Of a stretch of DNA of 64,000 bases, positions 10,640-23,533 are shown in pieces. This DNA comes from Felis catus (Eukaryota). How positions within the stretch are numbered: position 1 is the stretch's first letter; each line of letters begins with the position of its first letter. The translations under genes were made by a program, and so were the position numbers. Under the pieces are notes generated by a model that had not been told where the DNA came from, ran no database searches, and saw only the letters and a program-made list of their open reading frames with translations. The stretch is from the NCBI RefSeq assembly GCF_018350175.1, contig NC_058369.1:16122001-16186000 (forward strand), given 5' to 3'.

Positions 10640-11235
10640 TGACTTCTTCGTTTTCAGAACTCTGTACCCATTAGACGGCAACTCGGGTTTTCTCCCTCCC
10701 TCAGTCCCTGCTAACCACCATTCTTCTTTCTGTCCCCGTGAATGTGACTTCCCTGAGGACCTTAAATAGGCAGACTCATACAGCGTTTGTCTTCTTGTCA
10801 CTGGTTTATTTCACTTAGCGTAATATCCTCATGTTTCCTCCACGTTGTAGCATGGGAAAGATTTCCTCCTTTCTAAGGCTGAATTATATTCCATGGTTTG
10901 TATATACCGCATTCTGTTTATCCATCTTAGACATCGGGGTGGCTCCCACCTCTCGGCTGTTGTAAGTAGTGCTGCTAAGAATGCAAGTGTATCAATAGCT
11001 CTTTGAGACCCTCCTTTCAACTCGTTTGGATGCACACTCAGAAGTGGAAATGGTAGAACATACAGTAATTCTATTTTTAAGTGTTTGAGGAATCGCCATG
11101 CTATTTTCCCTAGTGATTGCACCATTTTACACTCTCACCAACAGGGACAAGGGTTCCAACTTCTCCACATCCTCACCAACACTTTATTTTCTGGGTTGTT
11201 GTTTTCTTTATAATAGCTATACCAATGGGTGTGCT
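10640..11235 (-). mobile_element. Old L1 (L1MA/MB) 3' region
   Basis: Antisense peptide LGKIAWRFLKHLKIELLY...; ctggtttatttcacttagcgtaat motif. Confidence 0.8.
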
Positions 11236-11299
11236 ACATTTCTAGAAAATGCAATTTTTTTTTACAATGGAAGTTTTCTTTTAAGGAAAGATATTTTTT

Positions 11300-11514
11300 A
11301 TTGTTTTTGTTTAATGTTTATTTTTTATTTTTGAGAGAGAGAGCATGTGTAAACAGGGGAAGGGCAGAGAGGGAGGGAGACACAGAATCCGAAGCGGGCT
11401 CCAGGCTCCGAGCTGTCAGCACCGAGCCCAACGCGGGGCTCGAACTCACAAACCGTGGGATCATGACCTGAGCCGAAGTTGGACGCTTAACCGACTGAGC
11501 CACCCAGGCGCCCC
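11300..11514 (-). mobile_element. Can-SINE
   Basis: Antisense head, (AG)n and T-tail. Confidence 0.9.
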
Positions 11515-11825
11515 AGCAAGCTTACTCTTTCAAGGCAATATCAGAAATAATATTTGTACATCTCAGCACAGACAGAAGTATTGGGAACACAAAAGAAATG
11601 TGTAGGCAAATTCTTCTGGGGCTTGCTATTTGTTTTCAAATATTTGAGCCCAGTCTGTATATCTATTCAGCAAACTCCAGAAACTTAAAACGTGATAGTG
11701 GACAAGACAGTTGCAAACACATGTCTAAGGAACAAGCGTACCTAGTAGCCCCATAAACAGCTGGCAGCTGAGTGACCAGTGAGGTAGGAAGGACATGGTG
11801 GGTCGTTAATACAAAAAGGGGTTCT

Positions 11826-11954
11826 GGGGCACCTGGGTAGCTCAGTTGGTTAAACATCCAACTCTCGGTTTCGGCTCAGGTCATGATCTCACGGTTTTGT
11901 GAGTTCAAGCCCTGCATCAGGCTCTGTGCTGACACTGCAGAGCCTGCTTGGGAT

Positions 11955-11987
<33 letters not shown>

Positions 11988-12032
11988 ACCCCCCCCCCCC
12001 AGTCATGTTGTCACTGTCTCTCTTTAAAAAAA
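11826..12032 (+). mobile_element. Can-SINE
   Basis: Head, (CT)n and A-tail. Confidence 0.88.
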
Positions 12033-12106
12033 TTTTTTTTTAATTTTTAGTGGAAGGCAAGTCATAAAATGTTTAAGATGGAATCAGCCTTAGAATTTGT
12101 CTTCTC

Positions 12107-12322
12107 GGGGCACCTGGGTGGCTTAGTCAGTTAAGCATCCAGCTTCAGCTCAGGTCACGATCTCGCGGTTTGCGGATTTGAGCCCCGCATCAGGCTCTCC
12201 GCTGTCAGCACAGAACCTGCTTCAGATCCTCTGTCCCCCCTCTCGCTGCCCCTCCCCCACTTGCTCATGTTCTCTCTCTCTCTCTCTCCCTCTCTAAAAT
12301 AAATAAAACTTAAAAAAATAAA
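12107..12322 (+). mobile_element. Can-SINE
   Basis: Head, (CT)n and A-tail. Confidence 0.88.
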
Positions 12323-13983
12323 GATTTATTTTACTTTTTACTTCTTGAGAGAGTCCTGGATCCCTGAGTCCCGGTGGTGACCAGACTGCAGAAGAGCCTG
12401 GAACGGGCACGTGCATGTGAGTCCACGTTTGCACAATAAAGAGATTGCAGATACAGGGAGGTGGGAAACACGTGCCGATATCCCTCCCAGAAAGACTCTA
12501 CTGTATCCAAAGATAGGCGGGATGGGTGGAATGATTTAGTGTATGTCAATAAGGAAAACAAACTAGAGCACGGTAGAAAACTTAGATAATGGGGACATTA
12601 AGGGAAGCGGATGTTGAACACCTTGTAAGCTCACTGAAGACTAGAGTCAAGAATTTTCATTTCAAGAAAGAATTGGAAAGTACGTTAAAATCCTAAGAAG
12701 TGTTGTCACATGATCAAAAGTTACCCTGATACCAAATATTGCTACTGACAAGTAGGGTGGGGGAAACTATTTGCTGTCCCTGTGCATCAGGAATGGAGCG
12801 GACTTAGGACACGGGAAATTAGAATCGAGTAAACCTACACCCACCACAAAACAGTACCTCGAAGTACGTTTTCCTTCCCGCTCAGGAGTAGTGAGAGATT
12901 CAAGAGACACATTGAGGTGGGAAGGAAAGGAGACAGAGAAGGAAAGACAGTAACTGATTTCTGGACCTTTCTGTTTGCCATCGTCACGAAGTTACCCTAA
13001 ACTGGAGTTTGGCAAGCACGCCAACCGGTCATTCTAGAAAGCTCCAGTCAAGAAATGTGATGCGGACCTTGCTAGTAAGTAAAATGCACTACCGAATGAT
13101 TTCACCTAAGTGTCTTTGTCCCTTTAACGTCCAATGTATGAAAACGGGTATACTAATAAGCTTTTGGAACCAGAGCATTTTTCTTCTAAGAAGTACATCT
13201 TATTCCTTTATTCATATAGCTTTAGTGCTCATACCTGTGCCCCGCAATGGAAATTCTTTTTCCAAATTATGAATCAGTTCATACGCATCACATCAAATTT
13301 TCAAATCTCTAGGGTATTTCCACTAAAATACATATTCTGCGCTATAATCTGGCTGCATTTTTATACATATATGAATAGATTAAGTGGTGTCCTACAAACG
13401 TCATATTCAAACAACATATTTGGGTTGGGATATCATGTAACATGAGATAATTATATATCGGTGCAGTACTTTTTCCCTTATATGTAACACCAACACAAGG
13501 TTTTCGCACAAAAGACTGGTTTTATTGAAATAAATTTTACATAAGTCATGGACAATTTTCATGAAAGCCCCATTTGCCCCCCCTTTAAGATTTATTTTCT
13601 ATTTGACTATCTACAACATATACCTTGGCATGAAACAAAGTCTCAAACTTATTCAAGTAGTTCAATTAATAAATTTCAGTCCCATTTTTAAGGAGTTAAA
13701 AAGAAAAACATAATTGTTTGCTGTTCACTTGAAGTGATTTCTCATTTTCCTACTCTTTTCATCTCTTAACCTACTTCTCAGAGTTTGTTTCTAATGAGGC
13801 AATCCTCCGCTGAAGTATTACCATGTGATTCTAGAATGCTCTGCCCGTTTTGCATCTGTTGAGGATAAAATACTTGGACTTTTGATTCAGTCTACCAAGA
13901 CAAAATATGGGGGGTGTCATAGTAGCCCTTCTGATAAGAGAAAATAAAAATCACCCTTCGTTTCTTCCCCCAAAACCCAACTG

Positions 13984-14197
13984 GCTAGACGTGCGTGTTC
14001 AATACGGTAACCACCTGTGGCAATCTAAAATTATATTTAATTAAAAATTCTAAATTAATTAAAAATTCCTCAGTTATGCCAGTCATTGTTCAAGTGGTCA
14101 AAAAGCACATGTATCTGGGGGTCACTACATTTGGATGGCACAGATATAGAACATTTCCATCACTGCAGAAAATTCTACTTAACAGCACTGAACTAGA
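13984..14197. mobile_element. MER3-like hAT-Charlie MITE within the LRRC2 3'UTR
   Basis: gcacagatatagaacatttccatcactgcagaaaattctact...cagcactg terminus, flanked by ctaga. Confidence 0.7.
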
Positions 14198-14914
14198 CCA
14201 TGTAGGAGTTGATTCATATATAAATAGGTGAAATATGCACTTTTTCCTTCTTAGTCACGAGAGCTACTTGTTAAAGCTTATCTTCAACTCACAATCCTGT
14301 TGATTTTAGCTCAAGACAATGGTATAAAAATAGATATTTGTACAATTTCTCCAAATCATACGATGTGTTGTAAGAGTCCAAAGCCCTAAAATGAATCGCA
14401 TTTTTGCCACCATAAAACAGTCTCATGAGCTCCCCGCAGACCGCAGCATTATGGCCACGGGCAGAGTTCTCCTGTGGTATCTGCAAGGAAGCCTTGCTAG
14501 GGGCTCCTCACCAGTGTGGACTAGCCATCCCTGCTACCCTGTGCAGCCACCTTGGAGGAGGAGTCCCTAAAGGTACTACCTCTGCTCCCTGCTCTAAGGT
14601 GGGTCCCAGGACCCCCAAGGTTCCCACTCAGGGCAGGGGGACCATCCATGCAGCCCACGTAAGGCTTCCCAGGACCAGCCAGGCCCCGACTCTGCTAGGG
14701 CCCCCAGTGCACCCTCTGAATGTCCTGTGCCCAATGCACGGGCAGACAATCCAGCCCTTCTTTCTACAGTCAATGCCCAAATTATGCCCAAAGTCTCTCC
14801 CAAGACCCTACACTTACAAAACATCATTGAAACATATGAAAATAGCAGTTTGTATAAGCCCAAGGAAAACTCTCCTCAGTAAAAGAAATCACACATTAAA
14901 ACTCCTTCAAAATA

Positions 14915-15165
14915 GGGGTGCCTGGGTGGCTCAGTTGGTTAAGCGTCCGACTTCAGCTCAGGTCATGATCTCACGGCCCGTGTGTTCGAGCCCCACGTCA
15001 GGCTCTGTGCTGACAGCTCAGAGCCTGGAGCCTGCTTCAGATTCTGTGTCTCTCTTCCTCTCTCTGCCCCTCCCCCATTTACACACTCTCTCTCTCTGTC
15101 CCTCAAAAATAAATAAAGTGTTAAAAAAATTTTTTTAATAAAAAAATAAAGGTAAATAAAATAAA
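14915..15165 (+). mobile_element. Can-SINE, antisense within the LRRC2 3'UTR
   Basis: Head, (CT)n and A-tail. Confidence 0.9.
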
Positions 15166-15549
15166 ATCTCATTTGACTAGCCCAATACAAATGTTCTTTT
15201 TACAACCCCTTTCTTTATTCCTGGATTCTTAAAATCAGTGCGATCAACTTCCTAATTTGGTCTTTGAGTTATAATTTTTAAAACGAACGCATTTTCTAAA
15301 ATATTAAAGGTGGATTGTTTGGAAATAAGTATATGCAAATGAACCCTTACATATGACTTCTATAAACCCGTTTATCAACTCTCCAGCCCCCAGAGAGAAG
15401 TATTCATAAATGTGAAATTTGAAAACCATTTTTCCTAACTATGACCGTGGTGTCTAGACTTTGTCCTTACGCACAAACCGTTATTCCACAACACCAAGAT
15501 TGCTAGCTCCACGGGACAGGGAGATTCTGCAGTCTTCTGATGGATGGTA

Positions 15550-15599
15550 TTAAAGCTGAAGGCTGAAAGATACTTTGGTGGTATAGCTGGGAACAGATT
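15550..15599 (-). CDS. LRRC2: LRRC2 last coding exon
   Basis: cttgttacag| then (E)SVPSYTTKVSFSLQL-TAA. The 8 exons sum to 1116 nt = 371 aa + stop. Confidence 0.95.
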
Positions 15600-16082
15600 C
15601 TGTAACAAGAGGAACAAGTCGATTCAACCCATTTTATCACCAACTGTAGCTACAAGCCATGGCTTAGGTCACCACACAAGTTACTACTTCATATGTTAAG
15701 TGTAGAGATAAATGCACTCTCCTGTCCCCATTAAGGGTGACATTTGCCTTCACCAATCCTAGTCGTGCGTTAGAAACATTTACATCTAGAAGAGAATTCT
15801 TCACCCTCATTCTTCTGCAATCTCTCCAACAGACTCACACAGCTGCATCAGGATCTGGGAACCTTTATGACCCTAAAATAATACCAACTGACAAAAGAGA
15901 AATCAAAGGCCAAGGACCTGAGACCGTGGACACCAGGTAGAAGGAAAGACGGTTCAGGAGCAAAGTTGGGGCTATTCCTAAGCCAAGTAGGATCTTAGGA
16001 AGTATGCCTTTTCTTAGTCTTGCTGTTGATACAGGTTACTGCCCACTCTGTCTTCACAGTCAAATTCTGTCAAAGGATGGTC

Positions 16083-16250
16083 TAGACCAATGGCTCTCCA
16101 GGTGAGGCTCCCGGACCCAAGGCATCAACATCACCTGGGAACTTGTTAGAAATGCACGTTCTAGGCCCTACCCCGGACCTGGCGAGTCAAAATCTCTGAG
16201 GGCGGGGCCTGCAGGTGATTTTTTCGGTTCACTAATGCTTGAGGACCAGT
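16083..16250. mobile_element. MER5A-like DNA transposon
   Basis: catcaacatcacctgggaacttgttagaaatgca...ttgaggaccagtg. Confidence 0.75.
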
Positions 16251-16474
16251 GAGGAGTTTCACTTCCTCATCATGCTTGAATCACATGACGTTGGAGGGTC
16301 ACCTGTCTCACTAAAGCTACCCTTTTTCCTTACAGCTTTGGACTCTGGGTCTGACTCAGACGTTAGAGTGAAGGGGAAGGAAAGAGGGAAGACACCACGA
16401 TGAAGAAAAGCAAACAAACTTTAAGAATATGCCCAACCACATATAGGTTGAACTGTTAAGAAACTGTCATTTTT

Positions 16475-16607
16475 GGGGATGCCTGGGTGGCTCGGACAGT
16501 TAAGCATCCAACTTCAGCTCAGGTCATGATCTCATGGTTCATGGGTTTGAACCCCACATCGGACTCTGTGCTGACAGCTCAGAGCCTAGAGCCTGTTTCA
16601 GATTCTG

Positions 16608-16638
<31 letters not shown>

Positions 16639-16700
16639 GCCTCTCCCCCACTTGCGCACTCTCTCTCTCTCTCTTAAAAATAAACTTTAAAAAAATGTAA
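16475..16700 (+). mobile_element. Can-SINE
   Basis: TSD aagaaa(c/t)tgtcattttt. Confidence 0.9.
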
Positions 16701-16838
16701 AACAAAGAAATTGTCATTTTTACAGGTAAAAGCCAGCTGAATATTGGCAATGTTCTGTGAACCAACATGAACATATGAAGGATAGAATTATTATAATTAT
16801 TTAGAAATAAATGAATGAGTTCAAAAGCTATCATCACT

Positions 16839-17047
16839 AGAGGAGCCTGAGTGGCTCAGCTAGTTAAGCGTCTGACTTCGGGCTCAGGTTCTGATCTCAG
16901 GGTTCATAAGTTCAAGCCCCACGTCAGGCTCTCTGCTGACAGCCCAGAGACTGGAGCCTGCTTTGAATTCTAGGTCTCTCTCTGTCTCTGCCCCTCCCCC
17001 ACTCATACTCTGTCTCTCAAAAATAAATAAACATTAAAAAAAATTAA
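16839..17047 (+). mobile_element. Can-SINE, host of the next copy
   Basis: Outer TSD aaaagctatca(t/a)cacta. Confidence 0.88.
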
Positions 17048-17051
17048 AATG

Positions 17052-17270
17052 GGGGCGCCTGGGTGGCGCAGTCGGTTAAGCGTCCGACTTCAGCCAGGTC
17101 ACGATCTCGCGGTCCGTGAGTTCGAGCCCCGCATCGGGCTCTGGGCTGATGGCTCAGAGCCTGGAGCCTGCTTCCGATTCTGTGTCTCCCTCTCTCTCTG
17201 CCCCTCCCCCGTTCATGCTCTGTCTCTCTCTGTCCCAAAAATAAATAAACGTTGAAAAAAAATTTTTTTA
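17052..17270 (+). mobile_element. Young SINEC_Fc-type SINE in the tail of the previous SINE
   Basis: Diagnostic gtggcgcagtcgg...cagccaggtcacg; TSD aaattaaaatg. Confidence 0.92.
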
Positions 17271-17566
17271 AATTAAAATGAAAAAAGCTATCAACACTAA
17301 AGTTAAATTTTAAAAGCAAATTATGTTATCGCTGACCAACAGATCCAAAGCTAAATACCTGTGTTCTCTAATTCTTTCTTGCATTTTTAAACAATAACTC
17401 TAAAATGTAACTATGAACAAATCAACAAAATACAACAATGAAGGTTTACCCAAGAGGAAAATTATACAACCCAAAGATAAATTTTGACGAAATAAATGGT
17501 TCTCTATTTGTTTCATGTTTCACACAAATTTCTAATTTATTTCACAATATTTGGTTTTCTCAAAGA

Positions 17567-18006
17567 TTTTTTAGTGTTTATTTTTGAGAGAGAGAGAGAG
17601 GGGCGCCTGGGTGGTGCAGTCGGTTAAGCATCCGACTTCAGCCAGGTCACGATCTCGCGGTCCGTGAGTTTGAGCCCCGCATCAGGCTCTGGGCTGATGG
17701 CTCAGAGCCTGGAGCCTGTTTCCGATTCTGTGTCTCCCTCTCTCTCTGCCCCTCCCCCGTTCATGCTCTGTCTCTCTGTCCCAAAAATAAATAAAAAACG
17801 TTGAAAAAAAAATTTAAAAAAAAAAGAGAGAGAGAGAGAGAGCAAGTGGGAGAGGGGCAGAGAGAGAGGGAGACAGAGGATCCGAAGTCGCCTCTGTGCT
17901 GAGAGCAGAGAGACCATTGTGGGGCTCAAACTCATGAACCGTGAGATCGTGACCTGATCGTGAATGTCGGTTGGACATTCAACCGACCAAGCCGCCCAGG
18001 CGCTCC
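17567..18006 (-). mobile_element. Older Can-SINE with a young + strand SINE (17600-17825) nested in its (GA)n tract
   Basis: Antisense tail at 17567-17585 and head at ~17990-18006; the insert is flanked by (GA)n. Confidence 0.88.
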
Positions 18007-18657
18007 TATCTCATAATATTTCAACATCCAAGATTAGGGATGACCGAATAGATCGGAGGTAAAAGTTTTAATTTGACAAATAAATGGTGTCTTTCAATGG
18101 TGTCTGTCATGAAACCCCTGAATAGCTACATGTGATCAATCATCTTTAGTCCATGAATGGAGGGTGGGGGGCGGGCAGCAAGCCCACATGCAAATTTTCT
18201 GAGGGTGACCGAGGTGCACATTTTCAAAGCTCTGGGGGCCAGGGCCACCTCCTCCCTAAATCCACCTGCGGGACATCTTTCTGGCAGGTCCCTACCTAAC
18301 TCACAAAAACAAGGGACCTGGAAAAGTAAGAGAGAACTCTCAGGCATCCATACCCGGGAAGCAGGTGGCGATTAGAAAAACAAAGAGTGACTTAAGCCTT
18401 TTTCCTGTGTTTGTGTGCTTGTGGCAGAGAGAAGGGCTTCTGACATTCCAGAAAAGTCTTTGGAAAACAGCCACTGGGGAAAAGGCTTCCCGCCCTTTCC
18501 TGAGGTCCTGTGACCGCCCGTGCTCCTCTGTAATATCACCACCCGTGGGAAAACCAGAGCTAAGCCAACCTAGGTACCAGTCTGCCACCTCGCGTTTCTC
18601 CTTTTGTGATTTTTATATATAAGTGGACCTTGATTTATGTAACCCAACTTTTCTAAA

Positions 18658-18888
18658 AATTTTTTTTTCAACGTTTATTTTTTGGGGACAGAGAGAGACA
18701 GAGCATGAACGGGGGAGGGGCAGAGAGAGAGAGAGAGACACAGAATCGGAAACAGGCTCCAGGCTCTGAGCCATCAGCCCAGAGCCTGACGCGGGGCTCG
18801 AACTCACGGACTGCGAGATTGTGACCTGGCTGAAGTCGGACGCTTAACCGACTGCCCCACCCAGGCGACTGCCCCACCCAGGCGCCCC
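18658..18888 (-). mobile_element. Young SINEC_Fc-type SINE with a 17-bp duplication in its head
   Basis: 18-bp TSD taacccaacttttctaaa. Confidence 0.92.
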
Positions 18889-19220
18889 ATAACCCAACTT
18901 TTCTAAAGTTGAACTTAAATGGACTTTGAAATGGAATCTTACCTTCCCATTAACTAGGATAGCCTTTTGTCAATGTCATTTAGTTAAAAACTCATATACA
19001 GTCAGTAATACCACGTCTGAAGTGTATGCTCCCTGGCCTGTCAAATAGTTGATGACAAGTACACTAGAAAATGTTAGTATTTTAGAGAAACTATAGATAT
19101 TTGGTACCTGGAAAAATAACCAATTAGCGTGTTGCCGATGAGACTCGTGTCAAATGTGTCGCATGAGCGCACAGAATCCTGTATATTCATTTAAAAGAAT
19201 TTTAAAGGTGATTGACGTAC

Positions 19221-19357
19221 CTCTTTCTTTAAGATCTTCAATATAGGCTTTCAAAAATTCTTTATCAAAGTGTTGACGATCTTGTTCACTTTCCATCACT
19301 TCCACACCGTCTTCACACTGGGTATTATCAATAGGATTGTCCATAAGGCTTACAAAT
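19221..19357 (-). CDS. LRRC2: LRRC2 coding exon 7
   Basis: [45 protein letters not shown]; gaatag| acceptor, G|GTACGT donor; 137 nt. Confidence 0.95.
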
Positions 19358-19622
19358 CTATTCGAGAAAATATGGACAGTATCACATTTTCACCTGTGCA
19401 TGTTTAACTGCAACATTCCTCTCACATGAAGTGAAGTTTTGTGGTACCGAATCGCAAGTTCTTGGTTATCCTTGAATGTCCAACGTGGAGAGAGCAACAA
19501 AGTTGTAATTTCCTCTGCAAGCTCTTTCATTGAATTAATTTTATCACCCTTCGCTATCCAGGAAAAAAAAAGCCTGTAGGTTATCATTCTTCAATGTTTT
19601 ATCCAAGTAATTGCTGTCTGTA

Positions 19623-19680
19623 TTTTATTTTTTGCTGTTTATTTATTCATTTTGAGAGACAAAGAGAACAAGAGCAGAGG

Positions 19681-19728
<48 letters not shown>

Positions 19729-19869
19729 GAGAGAGAGGGAATCCCAAGCAGGCTCTAGGCCATCAGCTCAGAGCCCGACACAGGGCCTGGATCCCGTGAA
19801 CTGTGAGATCATGACCTGAGCTGAAATCAAGAGTCAGATGCTTCGTCGACTGAGCCACCCAAGCGCCCC
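19623..19869 (-). mobile_element. Can-SINE with an expanded (GA)n
   Basis: Antisense SINE. Confidence 0.88.
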
Positions 19870-21264
19870 TGTATGTATTTTGAAATTTGATAGGCACAAG
19901 GATACTTTTTATTGAAAGCCATGGTCTCTCACCCTGCCTCTGTCTCTCAGATCCCAGAGGCAAGCTCTTTCATCTGTGAATCATTATTTTTACTTAACCT
20001 GCCGGAAATCTCTTTTACGCAGGACAAATACTTCAATGTTGTTACATCAAGTGGAGGCATCCCTTCTCTTCCCTTCAGTTGCCCGACCCTCCCACCTCCC
20101 AGTTTTTACGATCCATACTTTTACTTTTTCAACATCCTAGTATGAAAAGTTTCCAACGTTCAAAAGGGTCGAAAAAATTTTACAGTGAACACCCCCATAC
20201 CCACCACCTAGGTTCCATACGTAAGATTTTATGGCTTTTGCCTTATCACACACCCAGCCGTCCCCCCTCCATCCACTCGTCAGGCCGTCTTATTTCTTGA
20301 ACTTTTCACTTTTGCATTAACACCAACGCTGTCCGCATTCTGATCCAAAACCGTATTTAACTTTTCTATCTTGCCTGAAGTTTGACTCTAAAGTTGAAAA
20401 ATGTGTATTCTTGGGACAATTATCTGGGAAGGCTTGGTGATGCCTTCCCCCTGGGGAGGCTCCAAACACAGAACTCCGGGGTCTTTCCCCCCAGGGCCAC
20501 CCTAGTGGAAACCTCAGGCTTTTGGTCAGGGGACCAGACTGCGGGGGGTGAGTGGTCTGCCGGACGGAATCGAGGAGGAGATTGGAAGGTGGGGGGGGGG
20601 GGTCATCTGTTTACATGAGATTTTCCTTTATTTTTAGCACCATGTCTCAGGCTGCACCAACATGTGCCTGGAATTTCTGACCTCGAGCTTCTTGGGAGTT
20701 CTCCAGGGCAAATGGGCTCAGTTTCTTGGTTTCTAAACTTGAGGCTCCTCCGTACAATTTTTAGCAGTCACCACTGTTCTGTCTGCCGTTTGTCTCCCAA
20801 AGTTGTGTTATGGTCTCTCATTCTGGGAAAGCCTTCTCCCGCTTTCCTGATCATCGTCGACTGTAGGCTTTATTATTTTCCTCATCTCAGCGGGGTCTCC
20901 AGAAGGATGGGTGTTAAATACATGGTCAATCTACCATAATTAACATCTTATTCCTTTTATCGTTTTTTTATATTTAATCTGTGGCTTTCTCTATATGTCT
21001 TCCTACATGCTATATACGATAGACAGCACATACGTGGCTATGTGCTGTAAGCCGTCTTACGCTATAAAGTGACGAACAGACTTTGTCTTTCCCTGAGTAG
21101 CCAACTTCCTTAATGGCGTATTAAGTCACTCATACCTTCCCCACTGGTTTATGAAAATCCCTGTATCATATACGAGGGTTAATTTCAGTACTACCTATTC
21201 TGTTCTAATAATTCACCTACGAATCGTTGCCTAACACGACCTCATTTTAATTATTACACGCCAG

Positions 21265-21490
21265 TTTTTTTGTTTTTAGTTTATTTATTTATTTTGAGAA
21301 AGAGAGAAAGAGAGAGAGTGAGTGTGGGAGGGACAGAGAGAGAGAAAGAGAGAGAGAGAGAATCCCAAGCAGGCTCTACGTTGTCAGCATGGAGCCCAAT
21401 GCGGGGTTCGAACTCACAAACTGTGAGGTCATGACCTGAGCTGAAACCAAGAGTCGGACGCTTAACCCTACTGAGCCACACAGGTGCCCC
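21265..21490 (-). mobile_element. Can-SINE
   Basis: Antisense SINE. Confidence 0.88.
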
Positions 21491-21957
21491 GTTTTTCTAC
21501 CTTTTAAACCCGTCATAATTCTCAGTAAGGCAAATTCTGCCCCGTCACTCTTGTTTTCCAAAGTTATCATTACTGTTCTTAGCTTTTTGCCTTTGTATAC
21601 TTTCACATCAGCTTTTCAAGTTCCAAAAAAAGAAATTCCACTGGAGTTATGGTTGGGATCATATTATACACTTAAGTATAATTTTTGGAAGAAATCATAT
21701 GTTTATAGTCTTTTCATCCAGAAAAGACAGTATGTCTTTCCAAATATTCAAGACCTCTTCGATAGGCTTTGGGAGCACTTTTTAGTTTCTTCTAAAGAGC
21801 TCTTTTGCTAGCATTTTGTCTAGATTTCTTTTTCAGGTTTTTATATTTTTGGCTAATACTATTACTGTCATTACTCCCTTCCACTATTTTTCTATAGGTT
21901 ATTTATAGAAGTCTTAATGCAAACTTATATCTAGGGGTTTTTTTTATTAAACTTTTA

Positions 21958-22168
21958 GGGGCGCCTGGGGGGCTCAGTCGGTTGAACGTCCGACTTCGGC
22001 TCAGGTCACGATCTCACACTTCATGGGTTCAAGCCCCTTGCCAGACTCTGTGCTGACAGTTCAGAGCCTGAAGCCTATTTCGGATTCTGTGTCTTCCTCT
22101 CTGTCTCTGTCCCTCCCCCACTTGTGCTCTGTTTCTCTCTCTCAAAAATAAATAAACATTAAAAAAAA
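21958..22168 (+). mobile_element. Can-SINE
   Basis: Head, (CT)n and A-tail. Confidence 0.88.
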
Positions 22169-23377
22169 TTTACACTTTTATTAATTCAAAGAGCTTCCAT
22201 CTGATTCTTTGAGATTTCCAAGTCCTACAATTATTATCGTTTGACATGACTTTAGTTGCCTGCACACAGGTCAGTTTTACCCTGAGCGGAAGTCTCCTGA
22301 CCGGAAGTCTCCCTCCTCCCGTGCATCCTTGGTTGAGAAGCTGTCACGCCTGCTCCCAGCTGGCTGAATGTGGAAGGAGCTTAAGGGTGGGTCCTGCCAG
22401 CCCTCTCACCAGGGGGCCCCTTCTCATCCAGAAGACATTCCTGGGACAGCCAAGGACAGGGGAGGACCCATTCCAGTGGAAAGAGTATGGTGGGGCAGTG
22501 GGAAGATGTCATACCCCATTCATCTTGTGATTACACAGTGATGGATGTAGTCTCTCTCTTTGCAGTTGTCAGTTTCTTTATTTCTGTCTGCTAGGCATCT
22601 TATTGCCAGGATTGGAAGACGAGGAAGATTTATGCTGATAGTGAGCATTTACCACTGGAAGAAGTGGGCGCCCCTGGGAAAGAGCCCCTTGAATGATGGT
22701 CTTAGCCAACAACTGGTACTCAAGGCAGGTGGACACTCTGGACACAGTGATGAAATGGCTGTCACTGGAGTGGCCTCGTGTAAAGCTTCCTGGAATGGGT
22801 CAAAACGGGCTCAGGAGAGAGGTGATGGGGGGACCCCCAAAGCCTCAAATTCTGGCTGCCGGGAGCCGAGGGGATGTGCCCTGGGGTCAGCTTCAGGGGA
22901 GGGTGGAGCGGGGGCTTTTCAAGTCCACTGCCAAGGTAAGAAAGACGGTTCAGCGTCTCACGCCAGATTGGAATCTGTTTGTGTCACATTTGCATGGATG
23001 GTTTTTCTGAGTTTGGGGTGGTTTACACATACCTTTAAGGAAACCAGAGAGCGAGGCCACCAGGAAACATTCAAAGCCACTGATCCTCCAGGCTCAACAA
23101 CAGACCAGGGAGCCCTGGACAACCGCCCTGTCACGCTTCAAACAGCGGTAGCATTTGCCCAGAAACCCTCTGAGTTCTACCTCCCCGTGCCAGTGGCCAA
23201 AACCTTCAAAATCCTGTAAAAAGGCATCGGAACCTCTGTGAACCTCTGTGAACAGGGATCGGGTCCTCGGAGCACAAGAACCACCTCATCTGGTTCCTGA
23301 AACAGGCGGGCGCCCAGGCTCCGGGCTCCAGGCACTCCTTACCTTGTGTCTGACCGTCTCTACTGGGATCTACTCAC

Positions 23378-23533
23378 TTTAAAGGTGTGGACGAGTCACA
23401 CAGGGCCGTGGGGAGCTCCACCAAATGGTCCCCACTGACGACTAACAAGGCCAGCTTCTTTAGGTTAAGCAAGGCGTACGGAAGGTAGGTCAGCTTGTTC
23501 TTATACAAGATAAAGGTCTGTAGCTCTTCTAGC
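23378..23533 (-). CDS. LRRC2: LRRC2 coding exon 6 (LRRs)
   Basis: [51 protein letters not shown](K); ttctcag| acceptor, AA|GTGAGT donor; 156 nt. Confidence 0.95.

Larger units (their letters stand above)
13500..15549 (-). other. LRRC2: Probable LRRC2 3'UTR, with candidate poly(A) signals (AATAAA on -) at 13521-13526 and 13591-13596
   Basis: AT-rich sequence downstream of the stop codon; TTTATT on +; the true cleavage site cannot be determined from sequence alone. Confidence 0.5.
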
